A DNA stretch of 64,000 bases from NCBI GenBank assembly GCA_030693145.1, contig JAUYBI010000045.1, positions 4,591 through 68,590 of the forward strand, in the 5' to 3' direction. The notes under the pieces were generated by a model. That model saw only the letters and a list, made by a program, of their open reading frames with translations, searched no databases and was not told the DNA's origin. A program made the translations under genes and the position numbers. Shown here piece by piece: positions 24,473 to 33,677 of this stretch (positions are counted from its first letter, which is position 1; every line of letters begins with the position of its first letter). The DNA comes from Candidatus Omnitrophota bacterium. GTDB lineage: Bacteria; Omnitrophota; Gorgyraeia; Gygaellales; Profunditerraquicolaceae.

Positions 24473-24760
24473 TCATGAAACTTCTCCGATACGGAAATTG
24501 ATATTTTTTAATTCCGGATTGTCTTTTTTTAGCTCCTTAAGCAGCTCTTCTTTTTTTAAACTTAAAATATATAACCAAGCCGAGGAATCCACACTTAAAC
24601 CCAGAATCCCCTTGCTGAAATATTTAACTCTTATATGCCCCAACTCCTTATTTGTCAAGGCTTTTTTTAACCACTGTTGGGGGCCGGCATCTTGAAGAAC
24701 GGTTTTTTTAGCGCCCAACTGACGCATCACTTCATCTAGTGTGTTTTTTAAAAGTTCCAT
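24473..24760 (-). CDS. DUF721-family protein associated with dnaN/recF
   Basis: A 95-aa ORF lies directly downstream of dnaN, with the typical DUF721 size and position. Confidence 0.5.
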   Translation of the reverse strand: MELLKNTLDEVMRQLGAKKTVLQDAGPQQWLKKALTNKELGHIRVKYFSKGILGLSVDSSAWLYILSLKKEELLKELKKDNPELKNINFRIGEVS

Positions 24761-24764
24761 GCTC

Positions 24765-25856
24765 TTAATTAAGGCGCATCGGTAAAACTATGTAGACATA
24801 ACCGCTAATACGGATAACCCCGGGTTTCTCTCCATCAGTCAACTCTAAATTAATTGTTTCTTCATTCAGGTTTTTTAAAATATCCATTAAATAAACAGGG
24901 TTAAAACCCACCACCAATTCTCTGCCTTGGTATTCTACCGCTAATTCTTCATGGAACTCCCCCACATCCGGCGTAGATTTAGAAATTACTAATTTATTCT
25001 TAAAAACTTCCAGTTTAACCGCCTGGTAATCCGGCGTAGCCAGGAGCGCTGCTCTTTTGACCGCTAATAATAACTGACTACGCACTATCTTCACTTTATT
25101 TTCTGAAGGCGCGGGGACAACTTGTTTATAATCCGGAAACTCTCCTTCAATTAAACGCGAAACAATTCCCACGTTACCCAGATCAAAAAGCGCCTGATTA
25201 CTACTCACCACCAACGATAACTCCCCCTCATCTTTAAGATTACGATTTAATTCTTGAATTGTTTTAAGCGGCACAATCATGCTCACATCTACATCTGATT
25301 CTAGGGTTAATTTCCTCTCCGCCATGGCCAGTCTTTTACCATCAGTAGATACTAAAGTTAACAGGTTTTTATTAATTTTAAAAAGGATGCCGTTTAAAAC
25401 ATAGCGTGTTTCATCCAAAGATACCGCAAAAGCAGTTAAAGATAACAATTGTTTTAAAACCCCTTGTTCGATCTTAATCGCTTTTTTATCTACAAACTCG
25501 GGTAATTTAGGAAACTCTTCTTTCATTAACCCCATAATTTTAAATTGGCACATATCTGAATCAATGGTTACCTGGTTATTTTTCCTGGTAGTAATACTAA
25601 TAACCTCTAAAGGAAATTCTTTAATAATGTCACTAAATCTTTTGGCGGGAAGAGTAATGGCGCCCGTTTCTTGAATATCCACAGGAATTACACAAGTTAT
25701 CCCAATATCTAAATCTGTAGCTGTTAACTTTAAAGTATTTGTTTGAGCTTCAATTAAGATATTAGAAAGAATAGGTAAGGCGGATTTTGTAGTAATAACA
25801 TTTTGTACGGTTTGAATGGCGCTAATTAAATTAACTTTTTCTGCTTTAAACTTCAT
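24765..25856 (-). CDS. dnaN: DNA polymerase III beta sliding clamp
   Basis: The 363-aa three-domain clamp begins MKFKAEKVNLISAIQTVQNV... Confidence 0.92.
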   Translation of the reverse strand: MKFKAEKVNLISAIQTVQNVITTKSALPILSNILIEAQTNTLKLTATDLDIGITCVIPVDIQETGAITLPAKRFSDIIKEFPLEVISITTRKNNQVTIDSDMCQFKIMGLMKEEFPKLPEFVDKKAIKIEQGVLKQLLSLTAFAVSLDETRYVLNGILFKINKNLLTLVSTDGKRLAMAERKLTLESDVDVSMIVPLKTIQELNRNLKDEGELSLVVSSNQALFDLGNVGIVSRLIEGEFPDYKQVVPAPSENKVKIVRSQLLLAVKRAALLATPDYQAVKLEVFKNKLVISKSTPDVGEFHEELAVEYQGRELVVGFNPVYLMDILKNLNEETINLELTDGEKPGVIRISGYVYIVLPMRLN

Positions 25857-26042
25857 TTTATTTTCTCCTTTAGGGACATAATACTGGCGTAATTCCGCTT
25901 AGCCCCGGGTGCCTATTATTTATATATATTTAAAAACTTAAAATAGTAATCATCATAGTGTGGCGTAATTCTTGTGTATAAGCATGTAACCCCTTAGATT
26001 TAAAAAAGTTGCAACAAAAAACACGCAAGGATAACCTGGGTA

Positions 26043-27380
26043 TCATTGTTTAATAACTTTAATAACTTTTTCCACCCGTTCTTTTAATTCCGGATTATTA
26101 CAGATACTTTCTTTGATTTTTTTATAAGAGTGTAAAACTGTAGTATGGTCTTTACCGTTAAAAAGTTCCCCGATTTCAGGCAATGATAATTCTGTTAATT
26201 CCCTGCTTAAATACATGGCGATTTGTCGCGGGAACACCACTTGTTTATTGCGCCGTTTCGTTTTTAGATCTTGCAAGGAAATTCCAAACTCTTCCACTAC
26301 GCAACGCTGAATAAAATCTACAGTGATTAGTTTAGTCGGTTCCTTAACCAGGTCTTTTAGTACTTCTTTAGTAAGTTGTAGCGTAACTGGAGACTCTTCT
26401 AATAATGAATAGGCAATCGTTCGGATTAATGCTCCTTCTAATTCGCGGATATTCGTTTTAATTAATTGCGCAATAAAAAAAATTACTTCATCAGGAACAT
26501 TAACCGGTTCGCGCTCAATTTTTTTCTTGAGAATGGCCACCCGGGTTTCTAAATCCGGAGGTTGAATGTCCGTGGCTAATCCCCAACCAAACCGCGAAAC
26601 CAATCTCTCTTGTAAATTAGTAATTTCTTTAGGCGGCCGGTCTGAAGAAAATACAATCTGTTTATGAGCGTCATACAAGGTGTTAAAAGTGTGGAAAAAT
26701 TCTTCCTGGGTGGATTCTTTACCGGCGATAAAATGGATATCATCAATGACTAAAACATCAAGATTGCGGTATTTTTGGCGGAAAGCTGAAGTGGATCGAT
26801 GCACGATAGCATCAATCAGTTCGTTAGTAAATTTCTCGCTGGAAACATAACATATTTTTACTCCCGGGGAGGAGAAGTTTTTAATTTGGTGACAAATAGC
26901 CTGGATAAGATGAGTTTTACCTAAGCCCACCCCACCGTAAATAAATAGGGGGTTATATGTTTTGGCCGGGGCATTCGCTACTGCCAGTGAATAAGCATGA
27001 GCATGACGGTTTGCTCCGCCTACCACAAAGTTTTCAAATGTATAACGCGAGTTCAGGTTAATAAAACCCGCTCCGGGTAAACTCTTGATACTGGCTTCAG
27101 GTGGAGTATTGAGGATAGCGGGATTTCCCGGAGTACTGCTGACAACCAATTTTACCAATAAATTATCCAAACCCTTTAGCCTTAAGGTTTCCTGGATAAT
27201 TCCCAGGTAGTGTTTTTCAACCCAGTCTTTAAAAAATTGATCCGGCGCCTCCAGGTCTATACTTTGGCCATCTTGACTAGAGAACTTAAGCGGTAATATC
27301 CAGGTAGCGTAGCTAGTTTCTCCCAGTTTCATCTTTAAATCCATTAGCGCTGCTTCCCAGTTTTTGGTTAACTCCAGCAT
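26043..27380 (-). CDS. dnaA: Chromosomal replication initiator protein DnaA
   Basis: The protein has an AAA+ Walker A motif (GGVGLGKTHL) and a C-terminal DnaA-box-binding domain. The start is taken at the ATG at 27380, which is preceded by GGGAG. The track's TTG at 27392 is an alternative. Confidence 0.92.
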   Translation of the reverse strand: MLELTKNWEAALMDLKMKLGETSYATWILPLKFSSQDGQSIDLEAPDQFFKDWVEKHYLGIIQETLRLKGLDNLLVKLVVSSTPGNPAILNTPPEASIKSLPGAGFINLNSRYTFENFVVGGANRHAHAYSLAVANAPAKTYNPLFIYGGVGLGKTHLIQAICHQIKNFSSPGVKICYVSSEKFTNELIDAIVHRSTSAFRQKYRNLDVLVIDDIHFIAGKESTQEEFFHTFNTLYDAHKQIVFSSDRPPKEITNLQERLVSRFGWGLATDIQPPDLETRVAILKKKIEREPVNVPDEVIFFIAQLIKTNIRELEGALIRTIAYSLLEESPVTLQLTKEVLKDLVKEPTKLITVDFIQRCVVEEFGISLQDLKTKRRNKQVVFPRQIAMYLSRELTELSLPEIGELFNGKDHTTVLHSYKKIKESICNNPELKERVEKVIKVIKQ

Positions 27381-27392
27381 TTTTACTCCCAA

Positions 27393-27958
27393 AATTAAAT
27401 AATCAATCCCCCAAAAGCCCCTTTATCTCGATGGAGTTTATCCTATGAGCAGCATATAAATAGACAAAACTGAGCCGGGGATATACCGTGAATCACAGGA
27501 TTAACAGTTTATGCACAGCTTGTATAAATCTGTGGATAAAGCTCTGAACATGATTTCCCCAAAAACAAATATTATAACCAAGGCCAAAACCTTACCAACC
27601 TTGTTAGTTACGTGCCTATAGAATATCATAAGCTATCTACCGGGGCAAGTAAAAAAGATGAACGTTAGTTATTATGCAATAATATTCACAGGCCAACCCG
27701 GTTAGAAACAATTAAACCAAAGCAGTATAGCACAGTTTCTAATGGGGTCAATAAAAAACTTGACCACCATATAAATGTGTGTTACAATTCACAAAATCAA
27801 TCCTCTGACTTTGCTCAGGATTGCTACACCAGCGGCGCCTTTTGTGGGCACCGCCGGATGTATCAAGAAAATCATCTTCATAAACTGTAGTTGATTTTCG
27901 CTTTCTCCTGGCTTGCTTTCGTAGAAAAACCTCAGGGGCAAAAAAGGGAGATCTGGAA
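27393..27958. other. Candidate oriC between dnaA and rpmH: an AT-rich region carrying DnaA boxes
   Basis: A perfect DnaA box TGTGGATAA lies at 27531-27539. Near-consensus boxes are TTATGCACA (27509-27517), TTATCCTAT (27439-27447) and ATATTCACA (27682-27690). An AT-rich stretch spans 27560-27580. Confidence 0.55.
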
Positions 27959-28096
27959 ATGAAAAAAAATTTAAAGACGCCATCAAATATTGTGGGTAAG
28001 AGGCGCCACGGATTCCGCAGTAAAATGGCTACTAAGTCCGGGCGCAAACTTCTGGCGCGTCGACGGTTGAAGGGTAGAAAAAAGCTTTGCGTTTGA
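27959..28096 (+). CDS. rpmH: 50S ribosomal protein L34
   Basis: The 45-aa product [45 protein letters not shown] falls below the size cutoff of the supplied ORF track. Confidence 0.9.
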   Translation: MKKNLKTPSNIVGKRRHGFRSKMATKSGRKLLARRRLKGRKKLCV

Positions 28097-28311
28097 CCCC
28101 GGTAAACTTAGCGTTTAAACTGATCGCGGCATATCAGAAATATTTAAGTCCGAGTATTGCGGCAGGTTGCCGTTTCGAACCGGGATGTTCTGAATATACA
28201 AAACAAGCAATTTTTAAATACGGATTAATTAAAGGAGTATTTAAGGGGCTAATTAGAATATTACAGTGTCACCCGTTTTCTGGTAAGTCCGGTTATGACC
28301 CCTTAGTATAA
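28087..28311 (+). CDS. yidD: Membrane protein insertion efficiency factor YidD
   Basis: The 74-aa protein has the conserved YQKYLSP...[10 protein letters not shown] motif. It starts with TTG and overlaps the rpmH 3' end. Confidence 0.85.
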   Translation: MRLTPVNLAFKLIAAYQKYLSPSIAAGCRFEPGCSEYTKQAIFKYGLIKGVFKGLIRILQCHPFSGKSGYDPLV

Positions 28312-28316
28312 AATCC

Positions 28317-29846
28317 ATGGAAAAACGTTTAGTTTTAGCGATTGCCTTGTCACTTTTAGTACTCTTAAGTTGGTCCGCTTTAGCCCCAAAACCGCAACTT
28401 GTTGATAACAAAGTGGTTATAACAAATAAATCCCAATTAATAACATCTCCACAGGACATATCTTCTGCTGTAATTCCTTCAGCAGCACTGTCGCCGTCTG
28501 CAGATTTTGCCAGGGAGACGGTTAAATTTACTCAAGATAGTCGAGAAATAATTTTTAATTCAGCGACGGCGGCGATGGAGGATATAGTTTTTAAAGACGG
28601 TCCCGAACATCGTTTGCCACTTAAAGTAGGTTTTCTTATTGATGGCAACTCAGCTTTTAAGCAGCAAAACATAACCAAAGATTCCATTTCATTTATTTAT
28701 GAAGATCAAAATAAACGCGTCATTAAGAAATTTATTATTCCTAACAATAGTTATGTCATAGAGTTAGAGATACTGGTTAAAAATTTATCCTCCTCTTCTT
28801 TAGCACTCAAGCCACAATTAGTTTTAGGCCGGATGGACTTATCCCCAAAAAATACGCAATCGCGTTATCAGGATATTTTTCTTAGTAATAAAGAAAAAAC
28901 TATGCATCTTTCTGCGGGAAAGGATTTTAGTAGTTCGGATGTAAAGTTTATTGGCCTGCGTGATCAGTATTTTTGCACTATTGTTGAACCCGCCAATATG
29001 GCGGCCAGCGCTTACATCAAGAAAATTTCGCCCCAAGAATCTGAAGTAGGTTTATTTATGAATGAAACGACTTTGAAGCCCGGTGCTCAGATTGGACATT
29101 CATTTCGTATTTATTTGGGACCTCAAGATTTAAAGTCAATAAATAATGCTAAACCAGAATGGACATCAATTATATATTTTGGTACCTTTGATTTTATTGC
29201 GCAGATACTTTTACAATTATTGGGATTTTTCTATAGTTTAGTGCATAATTGGGGATCAGCAATTATTATATTAAGTATTGCGGTATATTTTATGCTTTTC
29301 CCTCTTTCCATAAAGCAAATGCGCTCAATGAAAGAAATGCAGCTTTTACAACCAAAAATTGAGGCTTTGCGCAAAGAACTCAAAGATAATCCGCAAAAAT
29401 TAAATAAAGAAATAATGGAACTGTATAAGGAGCACAAGGTTAATCCACTCGGTGGTTGTTTGCCGCTTTTATTGCAGATGCCTATATTTTTTGCTCTTTA
29501 TCAGGCATTAATCCGTTCAGTTGCTTTAAGAGGAGCGCATTTCCTGTGGATTAAAGATCTTTCTTCGCCGGATAAAGCCTTTGTTTTCAAAAACTCAATA
29601 CCATTTTTGGGTAATCAGGTAAATATTTTGCCAATTTTAATGGCTATCGGTATGTTTGTGCAGCAAAAGATTTCTATGGCAAAAGCAACCGGGGAAGCTG
29701 CTCAACAGCAAAAGATGATGTCGATTATCATGCCGATTATGTTTGGGGTAATCTTTTATCAGATGCCATCAGGGTTAGTGCTCTATTGGTTTGTTAATAG
29801 CTTGCTCATGCTCTGCTACCAATTTCGTATCAATGTCCAAAAATGA
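28317..29846 (+). CDS. yidC: Membrane protein insertase YidC
   Basis: The 509-aa protein has an N-terminal TM helix, a periplasmic domain and a conserved C-terminal 5-TM core. Confidence 0.9.
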   Translation: MEKRLVLAIALSLLVLLSWSALAPKPQLVDNKVVITNKSQLITSPQDISSAVIPSAALSPSADFARETVKFTQDSREIIFNSATAAMEDIVFKDGPEHRLPLKVGFLIDGNSAFKQQNITKDSISFIYEDQNKRVIKKFIIPNNSYVIELEILVKNLSSSSLALKPQLVLGRMDLSPKNTQSRYQDIFLSNKEKTMHLSAGKDFSSSDVKFIGLRDQYFCTIVEPANMAASAYIKKISPQESEVGLFMNETTLKPGAQIGHSFRIYLGPQDLKSINNAKPEWTSIIYFGTFDFIAQILLQLLGFFYSLVHNWGSAIIILSIAVYFMLFPLSIKQMRSMKEMQLLQPKIEALRKELKDNPQKLNKEIMELYKEHKVNPLGGCLPLLLQMPIFFALYQALIRSVALRGAHFLWIKDLSSPDKAFVFKNSIPFLGNQVNILPILMAIGMFVQQKISMAKATGEAAQQQKMMSIIMPIMFGVIFYQMPSGLVLYWFVNSLLMLCYQFRINVQK

Positions 29847-30034
29847 AAAAAGTAAAATATGTAGAAGTAGAGGGTAAGACAGTGGAAGAGGCTATTGAAA
29901 AGGCGTTGCAAGAACTAAAACTTCCCCGCAATCGCGTAAAGATAGAGAGTTTGTCTGAGGAGAAAAAGGGGCTTTTTGGCATGGCTGGAGCTAAGCCAGC
30001 TAAGGTGCGCGTAAGCGCGATCGGGGGCAAATAA
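29843..30034 (+). CDS. Jag_N-domain-only protein (truncated jag/khpB)
   Basis: A 63-aa ORF directly after yidC resembles the Jag N-terminal domain. No KH or R3H portion follows it. Confidence 0.45.
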   Translation: MKKVKYVEVEGKTVEEAIEKALQELKLPRNRVKIESLSEEKKGLFGMAGAKPAKVRVSAIGGK

Positions 30035-30038
30035 TTGC

Positions 30039-30067
30039 TTGACAAAAAGGCATAACTTAAGATAATA
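30039..30067 (+). promoter_or_regulatory. Near-consensus sigma70 promoter upstream of the free-standing LAGLIDADG gene
   Basis: TTGACA (30039-30044) is followed by a 16-17-nt spacer and GATAAT/ATAATA (30061-30067), about 60 nt upstream of the ATG at 30131. Confidence 0.5.
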
Positions 30068-30130
30068 GGATTTAGAAAGCGACAATGTTCCGCGTGAAAA
30101 AGTTACAGATAGAACACTTAAGAAAAAAAT

Positions 30131-30592
30131 ATGCTGGATCCGTGGTACGTAACAGGATTTGCTGATGGAGAAGCGGCTTTTACTTACTCTAGGGCAGGAG
30201 GTTCATTCGGTATATATTTTGCAATTAAGCAAAGGGAAGATAATCGACAGATAGTTGAAGAAATACATAATTTTTTCGGTGGCGTTGGATACATATATAG
30301 GGGCAAAGAGTCAAACGGTGCCCCTAAAAGCGGATTCTCAAAACCATATGCATATTACAGGGTAACTAAGAGTTCCGAACTACAAAAGATCGTCGAACAC
30401 TTTGACAAATATCCATTACAGAGCCAAAAGAAACACGAAGCTTATCAAGTCTGGCGCGAAATGGTTATCCATAAAAGAGACAACTATCGAAATATAGATT
30501 ATAATCGTCTTAGTGAGTTAGCAGGAAAGCTTTCTATTTTAAACTTACAAAGCCGAGCTTTTAAAATACACAAAAAAAGATGGGTAAAATAA
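30131..30592 (+). CDS. Free-standing LAGLIDADG-family homing endonuclease (single-motif, I-CreI-like)
   Basis: The 153-aa protein has an N-terminal LAGLIDADG motif (YVTGFADGEAAFTYS). It is inserted between the Jag_N ORF and parA, has its own promoter, and overlaps the parA start. Confidence 0.65.
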   Translation: MLDPWYVTGFADGEAAFTYSRAGGSFGIYFAIKQREDNRQIVEEIHNFFGGVGYIYRGKESNGAPKSGFSKPYAYYRVTKSSELQKIVEHFDKYPLQSQKKHEAYQVWREMVIHKRDNYRNIDYNRLSELAGKLSILNLQSRAFKIHKKRWVK

Positions 30593-31371
30593 TTGCAATT
30601 TGCAATCAGAAGGGGGGAGTAGGTAAAACTACTACCTCAATTAATCTTGCAGCTTACCTGGCTATGGCAGGTAAGAAGGTTATGCTCGTTGATTTAGATC
30701 CTCAGGCTAACGCTACTAGCGGTATTGGAGTCAATAAACACGACATCCAAAAAAGTACTTATCATATTCTACTCGAAGAAGCAAAGCTTATCGATATTTT
30801 ACAGAAAACCGAGATTGATAATCTTATGCTTGCTCCTTCTAATCTGGATTTAACCGGAGCTGAGGTGGAGTTGGTTGGAGCACTAGGCCGAGAGTATAGG
30901 TTAAAAAGGGCTTTACAACCTGAAAAAGATAATTATGATTTTATAATTATCGATTCCCCGCCATCATTGGGGTTACTCACTATTAATGGTTTATGTGCGG
31001 CTGATTCGGTAATTATACCTGTTCAGTGTGAATATTATGCCTTAGAGGGATTAACGCAACTGCATAATACTATTAGACTTGTGAAGGAAAACCTCAATCC
31101 ATCTTTAACCATCGAGGGTATACTGTTAACTATGGCAGATTTTCGTACCAATTTGACTAAAGAAGTGATCCAAGAGGCGCGGAACCATTTTCATGATAAG
31201 GTTTATATTACAGTAATTCCGAGAAATATCCGTTTAACTGAAGCTCCGAGTTTTGGCAAATCCATAGCTTCATACGATCGAGATTCTCTCGGAGCGCAGA
31301 AATATGAAGAGCTTAGTCGGGAAATATTAGGTTTACCTCTGAATTCAAAAATTGCAAAAGGAGCGCATTAA
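30580..31371 (+). CDS. parA: Chromosome partitioning ATPase ParA/Soj
   Basis: The 263-aa protein has the deviant Walker A motif KGGVGKTT. Confidence 0.92.
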   Translation: MGKIIAICNQKGGVGKTTTSINLAAYLAMAGKKVMLVDLDPQANATSGIGVNKHDIQKSTYHILLEEAKLIDILQKTEIDNLMLAPSNLDLTGAEVELVGALGREYRLKRALQPEKDNYDFIIIDSPPSLGLLTINGLCAADSVIIPVQCEYYALEGLTQLHNTIRLVKENLNPSLTIEGILLTMADFRTNLTKEVIQEARNHFHDKVYITVIPRNIRLTEAPSFGKSIASYDRDSLGAQKYEELSREILGLPLNSKIAKGAH

Positions 31372-32237
31372 TGGAAAGAAAAGCTTTAGGTAAAGGTCTC
31401 GGCGCATTAATTCCCGAAATAGCAGTTGATAGTACAAACCGTAGAAAAGAGGAGATTATTTATGTCCAATCTGAACAGATAAAACCCAACCCCTTTCAGC
31501 CGCGTGAAGATTTTGATCAGCAGAGCATTGAGGAACTAGCACAATCTATTAAAGAAAAAGGGGTTATTCAACCACTTTTGGTTAGACATCAAGGTGATAA
31601 CTATGAATTAATTGCCGGGGAAAGAAGACTTCGTGCAGCTAAAATCATGGGGCTCAAAGAGATACCAATTATTGTGCGAGATGTAAGCGACCAGGATTCA
31701 TTAGAACTAGCCTTAATTGAAAATGTCCAAAGAGAAGGATTAAATCCTATTGAAGAAGCGCATGCTTATCAACATCTGGTGGATAAGTTCCAGGTTACCC
31801 AGGAAAAGATAAGTGAGGTTTTAGGAAAATCCCGCGTTTCGATTACCAATACTTTGCGCCTGCTTAAGCTGCCGCATGAGATTCAAGGTGAAATGAAAAA
31901 AGGGCGCATTAGTTTTGCCCATGGCCGGGCTTTACTTGAAATCGAAGACGCCAATCATCAGCGCAGGCTTGCTCAAGACGTTATTTCCAAGGGGCTTTCG
32001 GTGCGCGAGTTAGAAAACTTGATTAAAAGTGTGCGGCCTAAATCTATAAAGCGCAATATCGGCCAGGGGCAACGTGAGCCGCTAGTGGCAATTTTAGAGG
32101 AGCAATTGCAACATGCCTTAGCCACTAAGGTGCGGATCAGCAAGAGAAAAAAACGCGGGCACATTAATATTGAATTTTATTCGCCCGAAGATCTGCAACG
32201 CATAGTTAACGTTATTAAAGGGACACCCCGCGCTTAG
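31371..32237 (+). CDS. parB: Chromosome partitioning protein ParB/Spo0J
   Basis: The 288-aa protein has a ParB N-domain (GERRLRAAK), an HTH and a C-terminal dimerisation domain. Confidence 0.92.
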   Translation: MERKALGKGLGALIPEIAVDSTNRRKEEIIYVQSEQIKPNPFQPREDFDQQSIEELAQSIKEKGVIQPLLVRHQGDNYELIAGERRLRAAKIMGLKEIPIIVRDVSDQDSLELALIENVQREGLNPIEEAHAYQHLVDKFQVTQEKISEVLGKSRVSITNTLRLLKLPHEIQGEMKKGRISFAHGRALLEIEDANHQRRLAQDVISKGLSVRELENLIKSVRPKSIKRNIGQGQREPLVAILEEQLQHALATKVRISKRKKRGHINIEFYSPEDLQRIVNVIKGTPRA

Positions 32238-32314
32238 CAGAATTGCGCGGGTGTTATCTAAGTAAGCAAGGGACACCCCGCGCTATTTGGTATTGCGCGG
32301 GTGTTATCTAAGTA
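32220..32314. repeat. Two tandem copies of a hairpin element with conserved stems and variable loops
   Basis: Copy 1 is GGGACACCCCGCGC-ttagcagaatt-GCGCGGGTGT-TATCTAAGTA (32220-32264). Copy 2 is GGGACACCCCGCGC-tatttggtatt-GCGCGGGTGT-TATCTAAGTA (32270-32314). The first copy overlaps the parB stop. Confidence 0.8.
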
Positions 32315-32334
32315 GATAAGGAGAAAAATAAAAA

Positions 32335-32844
32335 ATGGGACAGGCAGTTTTAATTTTAATTAAACCCGATGGGTTAAAAAAATCACTAACCGGCAACATC
32401 CTTACGCGCTTATCTGAGACCAAGCTGGAAATTGTAGCGGCAAAAATGGTGCGCGTATCTAAGGCCTTAGCCGAAGAACATTATAAGCATTTAAAAGATA
32501 AGCCCTTCTTTGGGGAAATTATTAAATATTTGCAGGGGGATTTACATGACCGTAAGAAAGTGATGGCTTTGGTCTATTGGGGAAAGGATGCCATAACTAA
32601 ATGCCGGGACTTAGCCGGAGCCACCAACCCTGAGGAGGCGGAATCGACCTCGATCCGGGGTTCTTATGGCCGGATTACCACCAGTGGCGTTTATGAAAAT
32701 GTGGTCCATGTTTCATCTAATGCTTCGGAAGCGGAAAGAGAGATTAAACTTTGGTTTGCGCCCGATGAAATTATCGTTGATCTTTACGCGACAAAAAATA
32801 TAGTGCAAAAGGAATTTCCTAGTCAGGTTTGGGGGGATAAATGA
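32335..32844 (+). CDS. ndk: Nucleoside diphosphate kinase-like protein
   Basis: A 169-aa NDK fold with ILIKPDG...GATNP...IRGSYG motifs. It is divergent (the catalytic His context reads VVHVS). Confidence 0.7.
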   Translation: MGQAVLILIKPDGLKKSLTGNILTRLSETKLEIVAAKMVRVSKALAEEHYKHLKDKPFFGEIIKYLQGDLHDRKKVMALVYWGKDAITKCRDLAGATNPEEAESTSIRGSYGRITTSGVYENVVHVSSNASEAEREIKLWFAPDEIIVDLYATKNIVQKEFPSQVWGDK

Positions 32845-33677
32845 AAAACGTAATTAATAGTATGACGGGTTTTGGTTGTCAGGAGACAGAAGTTAATTCT
32901 ATCGGCAGGATTAGCGTGGAGTTAAGATGCACCAACCATAAGTTTTTAGAAACGGTTTTGCACTTACCGGAAGGCCTGCTTTCATTAGAGGATAAGCTGA
33001 AGAAAGAAATTGAGGGCAGAATCAAAAGAGGAAGAATTTATTGCGCGATAAACATCAAAGGGCAGCTTGCCCAGGGGATTTTTGTTAACCGCAAGCTGCT
33101 GAAGAATTATTTACATGAGTTAAATAGCGTTAAGAAAGAGTTTAATCTTCATGATGGTTTAACTCTGGATTCATTAATTCGCTTGCCGGGTATTTTGTCA
33201 CTTAAGGAAGATAAGCCGGTAGGCGAACATATTTGGGAACAGCTTAAACCTGTTTTCTTGCAGGCACTTACGAGTTTATTAATTGCCCGGCAGAAAGAAG
33301 GTAAGGCCCTGGTAGGTTTGTTAAAAAAAAGAAGTGTTCTCCTGAAGAAAGATTTAGTTTTTATTAAACGGCGTTTTGTGGTGGCGGTAAAAGATAGGCT
33401 TAAAAAGATTCAAGCGGAGGAGGAGCGTGTGGCTTTTTTAAAAGGTGCAGATGTTGCTGAGGAAACAGACCGCCTGCATTTTCATATTAATAATTTTCAG
33501 CATAAGCTTGCCCAAGGCGGGGCGGTGGGGAAAGAGCTGGATTTTATTACTCAGGAGATGCAGCGGGAGGCCAATACTTTGGCCGCCAAGTCGTTTGACT
33601 TGATTATTTCAGGCCGCGCCGTAGAAATGAAAAGCCAGATTGAGAAGATCCGCGAACAGGTGCAGAATATCGAGTAG
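32841..33677 (+). CDS. yicC: YicC-family stress-induced protein
   Basis: The 278-aa protein has YicC_N and DUF1732 architecture, with an N-terminus MTGFG. Confidence 0.8.
   Translation: MKNVINSMTGFGCQETEVNSIGRISVELRCTNHKFLETVLHLPEGLLSLEDKLKKEIEGRIKRGRIYCAINIKGQLAQGIFVNRKLLKNYLHELNSVKKEFNLHDGLTLDSLIRLPGILSLKEDKPVGEHIWEQLKPVFLQALTSLLIARQKEGKALVGLLKKRSVLLKKDLVFIKRRFVVAVKDRLKKIQAEEERVAFLKGADVAEETDRLHFHINNFQHKLAQGGAVGKELDFITQEMQREANTLAAKSFDLIISGRAVEMKSQIEKIREQVQNIE

Noticed and set aside
27748-28047. A 99-aa minus-strand ORF, and a nested 65-aa ORF.
   Set aside because: It overlaps rpmH on the opposite strand and the oriC region. The rpmH product is unmistakable, so this is an artefact.
32220-32314. 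parS centromere sites downstream of parB.
   Set aside because: The hairpins show no similarity to the parS consensus TGTTNCACGTGAAACA. No convincing parS could be confirmed by eye anywhere in the window.
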